Made by a program: the position numbers and the translations under genes. From Lepidodermella squamata (taxonomy: Eukaryota > Animalia > Gastrotricha), in NCBI GenBank assembly GCA_047495785.1, contig JBLDXI010000007.1, positions 1,860,001-1,924,000 on the forward strand: a DNA stretch of 64,000 nucleotides. The letters are read 5' to 3'. The notes under the pieces were generated by a model, which had not been told where the DNA came from, ran no database searches, and worked only from the letters and a program-made list of their open reading frames with translations. Each line of letters begins with the position of its first letter. Positions within the stretch are counted from its first letter, which is position 1. Shown in pieces: positions 13,244-26,985 of the stretch.

Positions 13244-14830
13244 ATGTTAAACTCGTTGGCAGATTTTCCCTACCGCTTCTATGTGTTTAGCGAAGAGCTC
13301 GGTAATCACGAGGGACGCGAACACGAGAAAATATTATATGGCTATCCATCATCAAGATCTGTCGACGATCAGCTGAAAGACGTTGGTCTTGCGGAAGCAT
13401 TTTTCCGATTTTACAAGTAAAATTCAACAAATAATTATTCTGATGAACACTTTCATCTTTCAAATAGTACGTTTGCGCCACATGGAAAGTATCGAGTTTT
13501 AAGAACCGCTGATGGAAGACAAGCTTTGTTTTCGCCTGAGCCATCGATTTGGCTATGCCTAACCATCAAGTTCCCATCAGTTCGGCCGGAAGGTTCGCCA
13601 GGTGTTCCAAGTTCAACGGGATGGCTGCACATGACGTCTTTTGTTTCTGATGGCGTGCTATCGACTCTGCTATCGATGTTCTGGCAGCTCTGGCACTTGC
13701 ATTATGATTCAGTTGGAAATGTGCTAACTGCTCATGGCGTTCAGGATTGCCGTTATCACTTGAAAAACTTTTTTGATCGGCTACTTAACGAAGCTCAATC
13801 GTTTACCTGGAGTTTGCTCGATACTTTTTCGGGCGTATCTTTTCTCCCATTGGAGCGCAGTTCGTATCTCAAAATACATGTAAATTCCCGAACTTGGAAT
13901 TGATTTTCAACAATCATTCTCTCATTTCAGAGTTTCAGGAACCGCTTGGAATGTACATTCAGCCAGATTGAATCTACAATGTTTTTCCATTCGAATTTCT
14001 TAACTTGGTCCGGTCTTAATCAAGACGATACGAAAACCCTTTTCTTTTACGCGAGCCGATTTTTGCAGCCCACGAAGGATGACATGAACGATAAATCGAA
14101 GCCGTTGACAAATGGCCGTTTCGTTCAGCCGGTGTTCAGCGATGGCGGTCCTTATCATGTGGTTTTTCGGGCCTATTTAACGACCTACCCAGACAAGCAG
14201 CCGGTCTGCTTGCTAATTTATCGAATGCTATCCGTTATGGTATTCGTAATCGTGCCCAATGAAAGTGATATCAACGAGGAATTTGTTCATGACTTGTCGG
14301 ATTTCTTCTCCGAACATCTACTTATTCTCGCCTCGGACTTAGTGAAAACTGTCGTTCCTGTTTCTTCATCAAGGTTAGCTCGAGCTCGGCGATGATGGAC
14401 TTATTTTTAATAATTTTTTTAATTTTTCCAGCAAAGACGAGACGAATTTCAAGTTCATATATTATAATTCATCGAATTCGGCTCTCAAATCGACAATTCA
14501 CGACGAGAAGACGCATTTGATTGATCGTGCAATCGTTCCTATGGACGCGGTTGCTAAGCTGACGATGCTGTCGGATTATCTGGGGCCTGTCGAGCCCGTT
14601 GAAGTTGCTACTTCCGTCTCGAACGACACCTGGATTGTTGTTAAGAAAACCGCCCAGCGCCAGCTATTTCTAGTCGTAACTCGGCAACGTGGCACGTGCA
14701 CGCTGATTCACGTTGCAGGTAATTCACATTTTCACCCGAAATAATCCTTTTTGACCCTTCGTCACTTTCAGATGAGCTGCGGAAACTTTCAAATTCAACG
14801 TTTTCAGACATTCTGTTTCTGGAAATTTAA
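13244..14830 (+). CDS. CCZ1: Vacuolar fusion protein CCZ1 (MON1-CCZ1 Rab7 GEF subunit), 5 exons
   Basis: Exon 1 FYVFSEELGNHEGREHEKILYGYP..QLKDVGLAEAF; internal LLDTFSGVSFLPLE..YLK, LTWSGLNQDD, FKFIYYN, DTWIVVKK; C-terminus DELRKLSNSTFSDILFLEI*. Confidence 0.88.
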
Positions 14831-16251
14831 CCCTACATTCTTGGAACGATGCTTTCAATAAAATTTTAAATTATAATATAACTGCAAATGTGATTTCGAA
14901 TGAAGTGGAAATAAAAAGACCGATGACTTGCACAGATTATTTTTTATTTGTAATTATGAACACTTTCAACTTTGTATATATCATACGTCTGGATGATCAG
15001 GTAAATAGTATATTGAAATTTCAACGCAATAGACAAACGAAGACATTTAGCAAAGAATTGCGGATGTAATGATGGATAAATAATAATAGATGTAGTTTCA
15101 TGTTGGTTACATATTGCTACGTCTGTTTTCCCCGTAAAAGCGCAAAAATGATACAAGTCCGAAAATTAAACAAGAGGTTCTTGCTAAGACATGTTTCACC
15201 AAGTTTTTCTATACACGGCAAATGTTATCTCCATCAAGAGAGAGAAAAGGCCTTTACAAAAATGTGCACAAACGCGGAATACTAACAGAGTCGGAAACTA
15301 AAAATCTCTGCTACATTTCTTTTTTCTGTCCAAGTTTTAAAAAGATTAGTCGTCAAATGGAAACGGATAAGAAAATTTCCGGCGACAAGAAAGACACGTA
15401 TCAATTATATTATTATCATCATTCATCATCATCAACATTAAGGTGGTTTTGTCTCGTTTTTTTGTAACCAAATTGTTAAGTTTACACAATACCATGGGTA
15501 AGAAAAAAACGACAGCGACAGACGTTAGAAGGAGCCTATCTCAAGCTGTTTTTTTTAACTGATATCATATTGTATGATTGTGTTTTACAATAAAGGAATG
15601 AAAACGAAGAGTAAATCAAATAATGTGTGTTCAAGAGTGAATAATAAAATATCGACGACGTGTCTCGGTTCATTTTTCGCACACGATGGGGACTAAATTC
15701 AAAAAAACGCACGTCTTGAAATGGCGGACACATAGCGGGCAAACACGGAAGCTGTTATAATATAGTATTTCACGAGCTAGCTAGACGGTGAATATCTATG
15801 CAGGCATGATGAAGAAGTAAGCTTGGCACCACTTTGAAATTGGACATCCGTGGCACTTGCAGTGATTTTTTTTACAAGATCAAAAAATCCACCTTAACAA
15901 TTTGTTGAATTTTTCAAATTCTTGCTGAAACAATATTTCGGGCGCGCGGAGAATGAAATAATGAAAAAATATCAGCAGCCTAGACAAATCAACATGGATG
16001 ATGGATGAGCACACCCGTTATAGAATGAAGAGAAGTTGAAAAGCCGTAAATCGGGTTGTGTTTATGAAGGTATTTTTTCCACAGATAATCGCTAGGACGG
16101 TCAGAACGTGTGCCAAATCAAGACGCGAATTTTAAGACAATGGGATTTTTTTTAAATTAACACAATGAAACAAGAAAACCATTCCAGGGCTGTCGTTTGT
16201 TCCTCTCGCTTTGTTCCTTTTTCTTCCGAAAATTATGACTATTTCAAGTGA

Positions 16252-19200
16252 CTATATGACGGTGAGACTGCGGTCTTTGTAGACCGTATCGGCCCAGCCT
16301 TCGCGATTTTCAGCGTAGCCAACCGCGGTTTCGGCGTAAGTAGCCGGCGAGTTGGTCAGGCCGGTAGTGGCCGACGATGGTGACTGGCTTAGCGAAGTTT
16401 CCTGGACGGCTTCACGCTTTTCGCTAGCCGCCAGTCTGCCTGAAACTTCTTCACGATTTTTAAGACTAATATCAGATTCTTTCGCAGATCCGGGAGGGAA
16501 GGCGGTGAGGTCGCTCGTCGAAACCGACCGGCTCCGCGACGAGCCGTGGCTGCCGCAGTCGAACGGCGACGTTTGCCGCGACTGGTCGGTGACGATTCCT
16601 GAACTGCCGCCGTTTTTGTGAACGCGAACCACGCCAAGTTTCGCCGAGTTGGCCGTCGTCGCAACTCCCGGCGGCGCGTTCTTCCGCGAAACCGGCGACG
16701 TCTTGCCGCTGCTCGGCTTTGCGGCTTCCAGATCTCGGTTGCTGAGCGAGTGGTGAGTGGCGGATGTTTCGTCCTCATCCCTGCTCTCTTCTTCGTCGTC
16801 TTCGTCGCGTTTGCACGGATTCCAGTGGCGCAAGCGGCGGTAGAACGGCGTCAGCACGCCGATCATGATGCCACTGACGAGCAGCCAAGCGCCCGTGTGC
16901 ATGAAACACACCAGGTATCTGCATCAAACACACAAAGCACATCATTAGATTGCAACGCCAAATTTTATCACTTATTCATTAATCATGCTAGCGAATTTTT
17001 TAATGACTCATATTTAGCGAGAACGAGACTCGCACTCAATAAACCTTAGCATGTTTGATTAACCTGCTAAGAACATTTACTAATTTTAGGACATTAGCAA
17101 GGGGGTCAAGTTACTGCCTGAAAAAATGGTTGGACATAAATTTGATCACTCATATCTTTGTTCCTCGAGGACAGTTAAGTTTAATTTGTTGACCTATTTT
17201 TCGGAATTTCCGCAGCTCCTCACAATTTACGCCGACGCCAAAAACGTTGAAACAACCCAAAATGTCATAAACAATCTGATAGCTTGAGGTGACAGTTGAG
17301 ATCATCGAAATGCTAATGAAATATGACAGAAGACAAACATTTTCTTTTTTGAAATGAAGAGAAATGACAGCTTCAGTTTTCAATTTTCTCCAATTTTAAC
17401 AAGGAAATAATACCCTCTCGAAAGTAATCGACCTATAGGAGACTGTTACCAATGACTCCATCTTTGGCTATCCTTGAAATTGATTACCAAATCGCGACAA
17501 TTCGGCATTTATCGCTCATTTGATTATAAAATTATTGCAAAATTTTCAATCAATTTGAACCGCTTCAAATCAAACTGAGATAACAAACGTGTGTTATCAG
17601 CCTAGGCCAATTAACGCCAGGCACGTCACTCTTAGTTTTTGTCCCGCCGCCTACGTCAAGGTTACAGTCCACATTCCGGGCGTCTGTCTCGTCGCCAGTC
17701 GCGTTATTGTTTACTATAGCAGTATCAATTAGGCCTCACTTTGTATTGCACAACGAGCGCGCGCGCGCCTTGTTAACAAAAGTGTTTATCTTATACTGTC
17801 CAGACTAATGCATTATTAATTGGAGTGCGAGCAGAGAGTTCGCCGTTATCAAGTAAAGCAAAAAAATACGCGAGAAAAGTCACAAACCCTTGCATCTCGC
17901 CGTATGTCTCCACATCGTAAAGGTCGATAATATAACCGGCGAGTGGTGCACCGAAAAGCGAGCCCACGCCCTGCCCGACCATCAGCAGGCCGTAAGCATT
18001 AGTCAGGCGTTTAATGCCGAGAATCTCGGTCGGAATCGTCGTATCCAGTGCCGTGTTGCCGCAGGAGCCAATCGTGAAAATGAACGCATAGATAGATAAG
18101 CCCCAGTAGTCTTTAATCAGCGGCAAAAACAGCGTGGAAATGCCTGTTATCGACACACCAACGCCGTACAGCAACAGTGAGGACATCCACTCCTGGTCGG
18201 CCAGCCAGCCGAAGATAACTTGGCCGACGCAGGTGACGAGACCTATGATTATGACAATTACGTCATTATGCTCGGAGCCGGTTAGTTTCGTCGTAAATTC
18301 TGGAATGTAGTTCAGCGGCACTTCGAACCACATGTAGAACAGGAAGTTCGATAGCCAGAACCAGAAAAACAACGGCCGGCGCATGATTGACATTGATCCC
18401 ATTCGCCGCAGCGAATCACCGACCTGAAAACAAAGAAGATAATTTAAAAAATCCACCTTATAAAGTTTTTCTCATCATTTATTCTCAATCATTTTCGCTC
18501 TATTTTTTATTTGCCATTTCTGGATTAAATTTAAATGTTTACTTTCTATCAATGTTTTCCCACCAGGACCTGGCGGGGTCGTTTGCAAACGATATCTACA
18601 TTTACCATTTAACCTATGGTGGCAGATAAGCCTACGCTAGCTAATAAGCTTCTCTCGAGTAACAACGAACGTGAAAAAAGTAAATTTGCACTCGAGGTAG
18701 CCAATGTGTGCATGTAATGCTATAGCTCTGGTAAAACACCGGCTCGCGCACGTCGCAACTCATTATCATCATTCGCGTGTTGAAATTCAAGTTCGCATCA
18801 AGTTTTTTTCTATGTGTGGCATTCAGCCGAGAAAAACGCTGATTCGCACTCTCGTTCTGCATTCATCTAAGCTGCGGTTAAAGGGGTCAAATCAATATTC
18901 GTGCTGTAAGTGCGCGATGACATAAAGCTGATTTATTAGTGTGATTAGCCGGAGGGGGAAACACTTGCGAGTCATAGAGATTTAACGAGAAGATGAAAAA
19001 ACGAGCTTTTTCATGTGCGCGCGCAATGTTCCATCCCTGGCAACAAAGCACGTGCAGCCAGGGTGGGGCTAAGAAAAAACTATCAATCGCTAAACCATAA
19101 ACATTTTTTTCGCCTTTGTAATACCGCATGTAAACATGCTAACGCGCCTTTCTGCGATCGACACGCCCCGTAGATGTTTCCAGAAGAGAAAAAAAACGCC

Positions 19201-20809
19201 CTATCTTGATCTTCATTTACACCGCATCAATGACAATAAATAATAAGAGCGCTAAGGGAATGTAAATATTGACTTACCTCTGTGAAAAAGTCGGTGGCTT
19301 GCGCATGCCAGCGTGGTTTCTTAGGTTCACGAGGTGCCAAATGAGGGCAACTAAGCGCGCGTTGCTGATCGGCCAAGTTTGTTGTTTTCACTTTCTGCAT
19401 GTGGTTGTTCAAAGCCGAGCCTCGGTAGAAAATATCGACCCGTGATAAGGGTGCGATGGTGTGAGGCTGGCGGCGTGTGACCGGGACCAAGCGGACTTCC
19501 CGGGGATTTTTCGATCGCTTGCGACGCCGCTCAAGAGATTTGCCACGACCAAGATGAGCTTTCTCGACATTCGTCACATTCGACAATAGCTGAGATGATA
19601 GCTCGGTTGAGGTGTAATTGTCGAAAGTAACGACATCGCAAGAGCGCGTAAATGCAGGCGGCGCTGCCCCCAGTGAATTTCCAGGTACATCGATAGTGAT
19701 CAGATCTTCAGCGATAATTTCTAGATCTCCAGAATTTTGAAAATGGCTATGAGGCGATAATTTATCGGCGACGTTGGCAGATGGGTCATCGCCGATAAAT
19801 TCTGAATCTGGTAACCGTGCGGTAGGTGGGGTACCAGCTACGAAAAGGCTGCTCTCGCGTGACATACGAGACATGTTTTCAAACTTTTCCAAATTCCTCT
19901 TGCTCCGGAATTTTCGTTTGAATTCACGAGTAGCCAACGGGCGATACAAAGCGCCGCAGACAACGAGATTTAGAGACATGCCACCGAGAATCAGCATCAT
20001 ACCACGCCAATCGTATTCGTGCATTAGCATTTTAAGAAGTGGAGCTAAAACTGCTGTACCGATTCCAGATCCAGAAACCGCTATGCCATATGCTGTAATG
20101 CATATTAAATTGGAATAAGTTATTAACAAAAAAATGTATTCATCTGAAACTCACCTAAAGATCTACGTTCCTCAAAATAGTAGGGAACGATGACCGAAGA
20201 TGCAAATAGCACAAGAGCCTGGCCAAGACCAAATATCGCACCGAATGTGATACATAGCATAGCCAGTGAATCCGCGAAGTAGCTAAGGACGCAACCGATA
20301 CAGCCGATAATTGCCCCAGTAATTGTTGCCACGCGACATCCATAACGATCAGTAAATGCGCCGGCAAACGGGCCAAGAAGGTAAGGAACAGCGAGAAAAA
20401 CAGACGATACCCAGGCGGTTTCACTTGCGCCAGTGTGGAAGGTATCATGTAGATGTTCATAGATGATCCCAGCATTATAGGCAAGACCATCGCAAAGGAA
20501 GTGTGCAAAAAAAGAACCAATCACAACTACCCATCCCCATCCGCCGTCAAGAGGAGGAGGGAGTGAAATTATAGACTCAGAGTCCGACTCAGACTCTGAA
20601 CTGCTGCTTGAGCTCGAGGATGACAAGGATTCGCGCAAGTCCTCCTCGGAATCGGAAGCCGATTTTGACGCCAGAGGTAAGTTTTCTCCAGTAACCTTTG
20701 GCTCCTCTGCGTCCGTTGTAACTGTGGTTTTATTACGCTTTTTGCGACGCTTCTTGCCACGCGTACCGACCGGGATGGTATCCGAGCTACCCGAAGATGC
20801 CGTAGACAT
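16252..20809 (-). CDS. Monocarboxylate transporter-like MFS protein (SLC16 family), 4 coding exons
   Basis: PPLDGGWGWVVV, YFEERRSL/AYGIAVSGSGIG, a long central loop and LFGAPLAGYIID across ORFs 20123-20896, 19227-20129, 17791-18456 and 16252-16911. The start could lie slightly upstream. Confidence 0.9.
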
Positions 20810-22797
20810 GTTGTCGCGGTCGAGGTGGCAAACAAGTGGTCTGGTAGCGATATGCTTGATAGATACGATACGGGAGGAGGTTCTTTCATTCACCAACCAA
20901 GAAGATAAACGGGGTTGATTACGTTCAGTGCAATAACTCTAGTAAGATAACAAAAAATGTTTAGGAGATAACTGCTGGTTCAAGTCGGATGTTTTTTATC
21001 GCACTTATAGTGGCCCAAAAATGAATCATAGATCATAGATCGATGTCCGCATAAATGCAGGATCACATGCGGGGATAAATAAACAAGTATTATAGCGCAT
21101 GATTGAGAAAAACAATGTAACAGAAAATTAGCACACAAAAATGCAGGTCATGGGTTAAAGGTATCACATACAGAGGGCAAAACCTGAACAAAGCCAAGCA
21201 GGATTCGTGACGCATCAACTTCGCCCACTGAAAAAGAGAAAAAATACCCATTATTCCCACCAGTGAAGGACAACAAAATTTTGTAATTATATAAATGTTT
21301 TTATTAATTTGAGCAATAACTTTCAATTTAGATTATTATTGAAAATTTTAAATACTTTATTTAATTTAGATTTGCCGCATCTTACTAGAAATTTTGATCT
21401 TGATTTGAACCGCTAATGCTACGACTCGAGGGAGACAGCGAATCTTGCAGCGAATAGGCCAATCAGCATCTCGTTTCTTGTTAATGCTTTTTGAGGCGTT
21501 TTGCCCAGAAAATTGATTTGTGCAATCCCCTTCTTTGCCCATTAAATCCTCGGAAAAAGATAATTGCGGCGGGGATTCATCTTCCCGAGATTGACTCGAT
21601 TTCCCTCACACTTGAGGCATGGGGTCGACTGTAACAACGGCGATTCACAAAGGTGAAGGGTCTCCGAGTCGTCGAGTGATCGGTGACAGGTAAATTAATG
21701 AAAATGAATGAATTTCTCGGGTATGAATGATTTGTTGGCAGTTTTTGCGGATGAGAGCGTTGGACCAATGGCACTAGATAAGCAAGGCCGGGTCATCCAT
21801 TGGGCAAGTAAGGCAGTTGCCTTGGGGTCTGATTAGAAGCTTAGCAACTAATAAAAACCTCAGGGGGTTTTGATAAGAAACAACATCAGGATAGTTTAGT
21901 TAAGTTAAATTGGGGGCCGAGGGATCGTTGCTCCTTGGCAGCGACATCCTCAATGCTTCAAAGTACACGGAGTGGCCGGAAGGAGCGAGGGCAAATCGTA
22001 CCGAACGTGGTATTTCGATATAAGCGGAAACTAAGCTATGAGCTACCAGATTTTATTTTAGAATTTTCTTGTTTTACTGTGTAACAAACGGGCACGCAAC
22101 TCGTTCAAGTCGCGGAAGAACTCGCACTTCGGAAAAAGTCCGAAAAAACACTGAGTACAGTAGGTAATAGGTAAGTGTACGAAACCCCTCCACCGTCTCA
22201 CCTTCGGACAACAACTTGCTTAATATCACTAATATATATGATAATATGACGAAGTTATCACGGGATTGCCTCATTATTCATCTCAAACGTCCTTTTCGAC
22301 ACAGTGACATCCACAATTGCCGAGCGGCGTGCCACCAGCTGCCGGTTGTACTCGGTCTTTAGACACCAAGTTTCTCACTGCCGGAACAAAAGTAGCTAAT
22401 CACCTAAACATCTTCAGGCCGAATTTTGCCGCAATACTTTCGCCAGTTTACAATATTTTTCCCCTTCCGAATCTAAAAAGGTTTGACTGGTCAGCAACAT
22501 GAAATGTTCAGGCTGGCAAGGTCGATTGCTTATCGTCCGCGGCTGGGGAAATCATAACTGCAATAATTCTCAAGGCGTCGTTACACCTCAATTACATGCG
22601 ATAACCAGTACGATAGCAAAGTTCTTTTGATCGGTGGCTAGAGCAACCTGGCGGGAGTATTTTTTAATGTTATCAAAAATAATACCGAGAAACTGTTTGC
22701 CTCAACTATAATATATCAGTCAAAGAATGCTGAAGAGCATCTGAAGTGGATTGCAGCTGAGATTCCAGTGATAGGTGCTTTGTGCTAAAAGAAACCT

Positions 22798-23994
22798 TTA
22801 GCCCTGATGCAGCGACTGTGCTGTGACCATGTTGTTTTTTCGTTTTGACAGAAGCAATGAACATTTCGAAGTCCAGCCAGGCTTGATCATCTGAATGCAA
22901 GATCCTACAATGGCCTGCAAGAAAATGAAAAACATTCCTAGCTTATGCAGCCAACTTGAGGCATGACGCGGGCCCAACTCAGGGTAGAACATTTCTAAGG
23001 TGAACGCGAGAAACCCAGGCAGATGGAAAGTGCAGAATATGGCAAAAACCACAACTGACTGCTGAGCAAAGAAAAATTCTCGATCACGCCGTTTAGCCAG
23101 CTTGACTAAACGAGCTTGCGCATTCGAATTCAAACTGCTTGTTCCTGTGCTAAAACTAATCATCATTTGTCTCTTTGAATCTCGAATACATCGAAAAATT
23201 CTGTAGTAATTGTTGGCAAGAAAACATGCCGGAAACGCTACGCCTGTCAAGTAATACAGGAACAGTAGGAAGCTTGAGTCGAGGTCAGCAGTAAGCCTGT
23301 AGTGAAAACCTGTGCAAATCCAAACGGGGTTACCATCGTTGAACCCTTCGATCTCAATCAATTCATTCCGCCAGACTTGATGAGGCCATATTCCCATAAA
23401 GAAACTTACTACAGTGAAGCAGCAGATGATGCCTAACACCCATGAGAGGAGCCGTTTTGTGTTAGTCTGATAATTGGGGCTATTTGACAGAATACAAAGA
23501 CGGCGTTCATATGAGATCAAGGCATTCATGTATGTTCCAAAAGCTCCTTGGACGAAGAGAGCCCAAAATACAGTCGGGCAAGTCCAATGATCCGCCTCCC
23601 ATGAGCCAGTTTTCAAACTAATCGCGAGTCCTATTGTGTAGAGCGATGTGAAAGCGATATTTCTAGCCCCGTTTATTGCGATAAGCATGAGAAAATTGCG
23701 TTTTACTCGGCGTTTGTACAAATCGATGCAGCTAATGATTGTTACCAGCGCAACAAGGACTAAGGTGATAACAAACATCACGAAGTGAGCGAGTCGGCTG
23801 TTGAGTGTGACATCGAGATCGTGGTACCAGCCGATGAATTGGGGTCTCGCAGTAACGTAGCCCGATTCAGGCAGATAAACATTGATCCAGCCTCCATTGA
23901 TCATTTTGGCCTTCGGACAAGAAAAGTTTCCGACAGTTGTTGTGTTTTCCTGCGAAACGTTGTAAGCTGTAGCATTGAAGCTGAAGCAGCTCAT
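22798..23994 (-). CDS. Intronless divergent rhodopsin-like (class A) 7TM receptor
   Basis: 398-aa ORF with seven hydrophobic segments, N-terminal N-glycosylation sequons, Cys at the top of TM3 and in ECL2, ISYERR (DRY-like), FPAC..YYRI (TM5) and FCTFHLP (CWxP-like). Confidence 0.8.
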   Translation of the reverse strand: MSCFSFNATAYNVSQENTTTVGNFSCPKAKMINGGWINVYLPESGYVTARPQFIGWYHDLDVTLNSRLAHFVMFVITLVLVALVTIISCIDLYKRRVKRNFLMLIAINGARNIAFTSLYTIGLAISLKTGSWEADHWTCPTVFWALFVQGAFGTYMNALISYERRLCILSNSPNYQTNTKRLLSWVLGIICCFTVVSFFMGIWPHQVWRNELIEIEGFNDGNPVWICTGFHYRLTADLDSSFLLFLYYLTGVAFPACFLANNYYRIFRCIRDSKRQMMISFSTGTSSLNSNAQARLVKLAKRRDREFFFAQQSVVVFAIFCTFHLPGFLAFTLEMFYPELGPRHASSWLHKLGMFFIFLQAIVGSCIQMIKPGWTSKCSLLLSKRKNNMVTAQSLHQG

Positions 23995-24661
23995 TTTAGC
24001 TTGAAAATCAGGAGTGAAGGCAGTTTAACAAGCAGACATATCCTTCTGTCTTTTCTTCTATGAGTAAGTGGGAGACAAAAATCTTGAGAGCGATATTCAT
24101 TGGACAAGAAGTTACGGTCTCGCTTACATCGGTCGATAATATATAATTTGCTGTAATTAGCAGCTCACGTCAGTACCGCGGCGGCTGTATATCAATTTCA
24201 AAGCATAGCTTTCAATTTCCTACCTCGCCTTTACTATCTCTATCCGAGAATTCTAGTTCAAATTCTTATTTTCGTCGTGTTGAAAATATGTTATGATTTC
24301 AAGGGAATAAATTGTCTCAATATAGGTTTTAGACGATTTTATCAGCCATTTCGACATTCAAATTTTTCCAAGTATTTTCTCTGCTCAGTCAATTTTTCCA
24401 CGTGCAAATATTCATGATTCAGTAAATATCAGTTTCCAACGTTCCCAAAAACTCGACTTAAAGTCTCGTATGAGTCACAAAACAGTAACAGTAGACTGAA
24501 AGGCGATGGTCAAATTTATTTAAATATTCAAAATTTCAATAATGCGAAGCTTTGATTTTTTCAACATTAAAAACAACACTACGTGAATTGAGAAGTGACA
24601 GCAAGTTACAAAAAATAGCACATAATAATCTGGAATAATTTACAAAACAAATTGAATTCCA

Positions 24662-26137
24662 TCATCGACGCCAAACGATAACGGTACCACTACTGTCGGC
24701 AGAGGCTAGCAAGCTTTCGTCATACGCAAAATCGAGGCAGCAAACAGGCGACGCATGGCCGGGTAGAGCCGTTAGCACAACTGGAGACCCGGCCGTAAAA
24801 ACCAGGTCAGGCACCGCCGCAGCAGAATCGACCGCGATCAAGGTGACTAGGTGTTCTCGGTGCGGATCCCCTGTCCCTGCAGCAATAACCAGCCAACGCG
24901 ATGAGGTCAAAAGCGGCGCGAATGAAGCAGCTCCGTCCAGCCTAATCGGAACCTGGCAAACAGGTCTAGGCGCTAATGAATTCATTCCACTAGCAGAAAG
25001 CGGAGACAAAGTTGAATTCGAACTAGATGAACTCGAGCCAATGGTGAAGAGCCATAAATTCGACCCTGCCCCAATCAATAACAATGAATCTTCGGTCGAA
25101 GTAGATTTTTTGGTAGAATTGGGCGGTCTTTTTAAGGTAGGTAAAATGCGGCAGCCCAACGAATTTATCGGCATTCCCTCAGCAACTGTAATCTTATGAA
25201 TCCGAGTCAGCGAACTAACAGCCGGGTCAATTACAAAGGAGTAAATCGACCCAGTATCATCGCCGAGCCAAAAGGTTTTCAAATCTCGCTGGAAACAAAT
25301 TGATAGAGCCTGTCCACCAATTTTTCCAGTTCCTCTCTTCACCGATCTGCCAGTTGAAATGTTGATTAATTGCACGGTTTGTTTTGAAGTTCCGACTAAG
25401 ATGAAGTTGTTATTCAACGGTACGAATCGCGTCAAAGTTGGCATGTGAGGCGATGATAACATTATAGATCGCATGCATTGCGCGTGGGAGAGGCTCCATA
25501 GCCTGACGGTAGCATCTTGAGCCGCAGTTACCAGTAGTTCATTCGTTTCCGAGCAAGCCATGTCAACAACCCCGCAGCTGTGCTTCAAAACCGCAACAGT
25601 CGACGCTGGAGGCGGAAGAACTTGACGAATCACGACTTTACCGTCACTAGACGCTGTTGCCAAGCGAGATTTGTCGTCATTGAGGAAGAAAAGCCGGGTA
25701 ACTTTCTGGGTATGGTCGTCGAAAATGTGAAAGACGCCGTTGAATGTGTACGAAGTTGGAGGTGGCGGTGGCCTATTTGGATTTGATGCTGGATTAGGCG
25801 AGCCGGCTTTTGAGGGCGTATCTGATATCATCGAATTGATAGATGGTGGACCTCTCATTGGTCTACTCGCACTAGTAGTTCTATGAACAAAGCTTTGATT
25901 GAAGCTGTCTTGTTGTGACGAGGTGATAGAACCTCGTATCGATCCTTGGCCTGTATTGCCGAACTGCACTTTGAGCATTTGTGATCTAAGCTGAAGATAA
26001 TCTTTTGACCGAGAAGCTCCTGTAAGCAACTGACGCCGTCGCCGCAGATATAATGTGCGAAATGATGAATCCTGAAAGCGCAGTGGGGCGTACCTCGCGT
26101 CCAGCGTCAAGCAATGTTGAAGTTCCGTTGACGTCAT
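24662..26137 (-). CDS. WDR13: WD repeat-containing protein 13, intronless CDS
   Basis: N-terminus LTLDARY..FRTLYLRRRRQLL..YLQLRSQML, YTFNGVFHIFDDH, FLNDDKSRLA and C-terminus GHASPV..FAYDESLLASADSSGTVIVWRR are characteristic of WDR13. Confidence 0.92.
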   Translation of the reverse strand: MTSTELQHCLTLDARYAPLRFQDSSFRTLYLRRRRQLLTGASRSKDYLQLRSQMLKVQFGNTGQGSIRGSITSSQQDSFNQSFVHRTTSASRPMRGPPSINSMISDTPSKAGSPNPASNPNRPPPPPTSYTFNGVFHIFDDHTQKVTRLFFLNDDKSRLATASSDGKVVIRQVLPPPASTVAVLKHSCGVVDMACSETNELLVTAAQDATVRLWSLSHAQCMRSIMLSSPHMPTLTRFVPLNNNFILVGTSKQTVQLINISTGRSVKRGTGKIGGQALSICFQRDLKTFWLGDDTGSIYSFVIDPAVSSLTRIHKITVAEGMPINSLGCRILPTLKRPPNSTKKSTSTEDSLLLIGAGSNLWLFTIGSSSSSSNSTLSPLSASGMNSLAPRPVCQVPIRLDGAASFAPLLTSSRWLVIAAGTGDPHREHLVTLIAVDSAAAVPDLVFTAGSPVVLTALPGHASPVCCLDFAYDESLLASADSSGTVIVWRR

Positions 26138-26411
26138 TTTCAGTTACATAACTCTATCAATTACAAACAGCGTTTTTAGCCAACGAAAGATTTACTTCCA
26201 CGAAATCACCAGGCAAGATAATCAGGAAAAAGACTTATTACGCACAACGGTCCTCTGACTATAGCAAAGCAGTTTCAATATAATTCAATAGTAGACATTA
26301 TTTGCAATATCATGACTAATATTTATCATTTATAGGTTCATATTGATCAATATTGTCCTTGTTTTTAAGCGTTCACAACGCTTCATAAATTGTGGAATTG
26401 CGATGTCATGT

Positions 26412-26985
26412 TTACAGTTGGCCGCAGTCAGCGATGACGACACGCTTGGTAGGAGTGCCGGACTTGCTGCCGCACTTTTCGATGGTCTTCAGGAGGTCGT
26501 GGCCCTCGACCATCTTGCCGAAGACAACGTGCTTGCCGTCGAGCCACGGGCAGGCGACGGTGGTCAAGAAGAACTGCGAACCGTTGGTGTTGGGGCCAGC
26601 GTTAGCCATGGACAGGAGGCCAGGGCCGGTGTGCTTGTGCTTGAAGTTTTCGTCCTGGAACTTGGCACCGTAGATCGACTCGCCACCAGTGCCGTTGCCA
26701 GCGGTGAAGTCACCACCTTGGCACATGAAGTCGGGGATGACACTACGAAGATGTTGAGATTATGAAATACAAATCATTACAAGTTGAGGCATTTATTTAC
26801 CGGTGGAAAGCACTGCCCTTGTAGTGAAGGGGCTTGCCAGACTTGCCAACGCCCTTCTCGCCGGTGCAGAGGGCACGGAAGTTCTCAGCGGTGCGGGGAA
26901 CGTCGTTGGCGAGCAACTCGAAGGTCAGGCGGCCAGCATTGGCGCCATCGATGGAGATGTCGAAAAAGACACGAGGGTTGGCCAT
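26412..26985 (-). CDS. Cytosolic cyclophilin (peptidyl-prolyl isomerase), divergent-loop type; intron 26743-26800
   Basis: [37 protein letters not shown]|[38 protein letters not shown]. Strong GC3 codon bias. Confidence 0.96.

Noticed and set aside
21783-21960. hAT-like element end (CAAGGCCGG...GCAGTTGCCTTGGGG)
   Set aside because: No convincing second TIR or TSD.
26343-26765. 140-aa plus-strand ORF antisense to cyclophilin
   Set aside because: Shadow ORF produced by strong codon bias. The same applies to antisense ORFs over the polyQ, MCT, IRE1 and forkhead exons.
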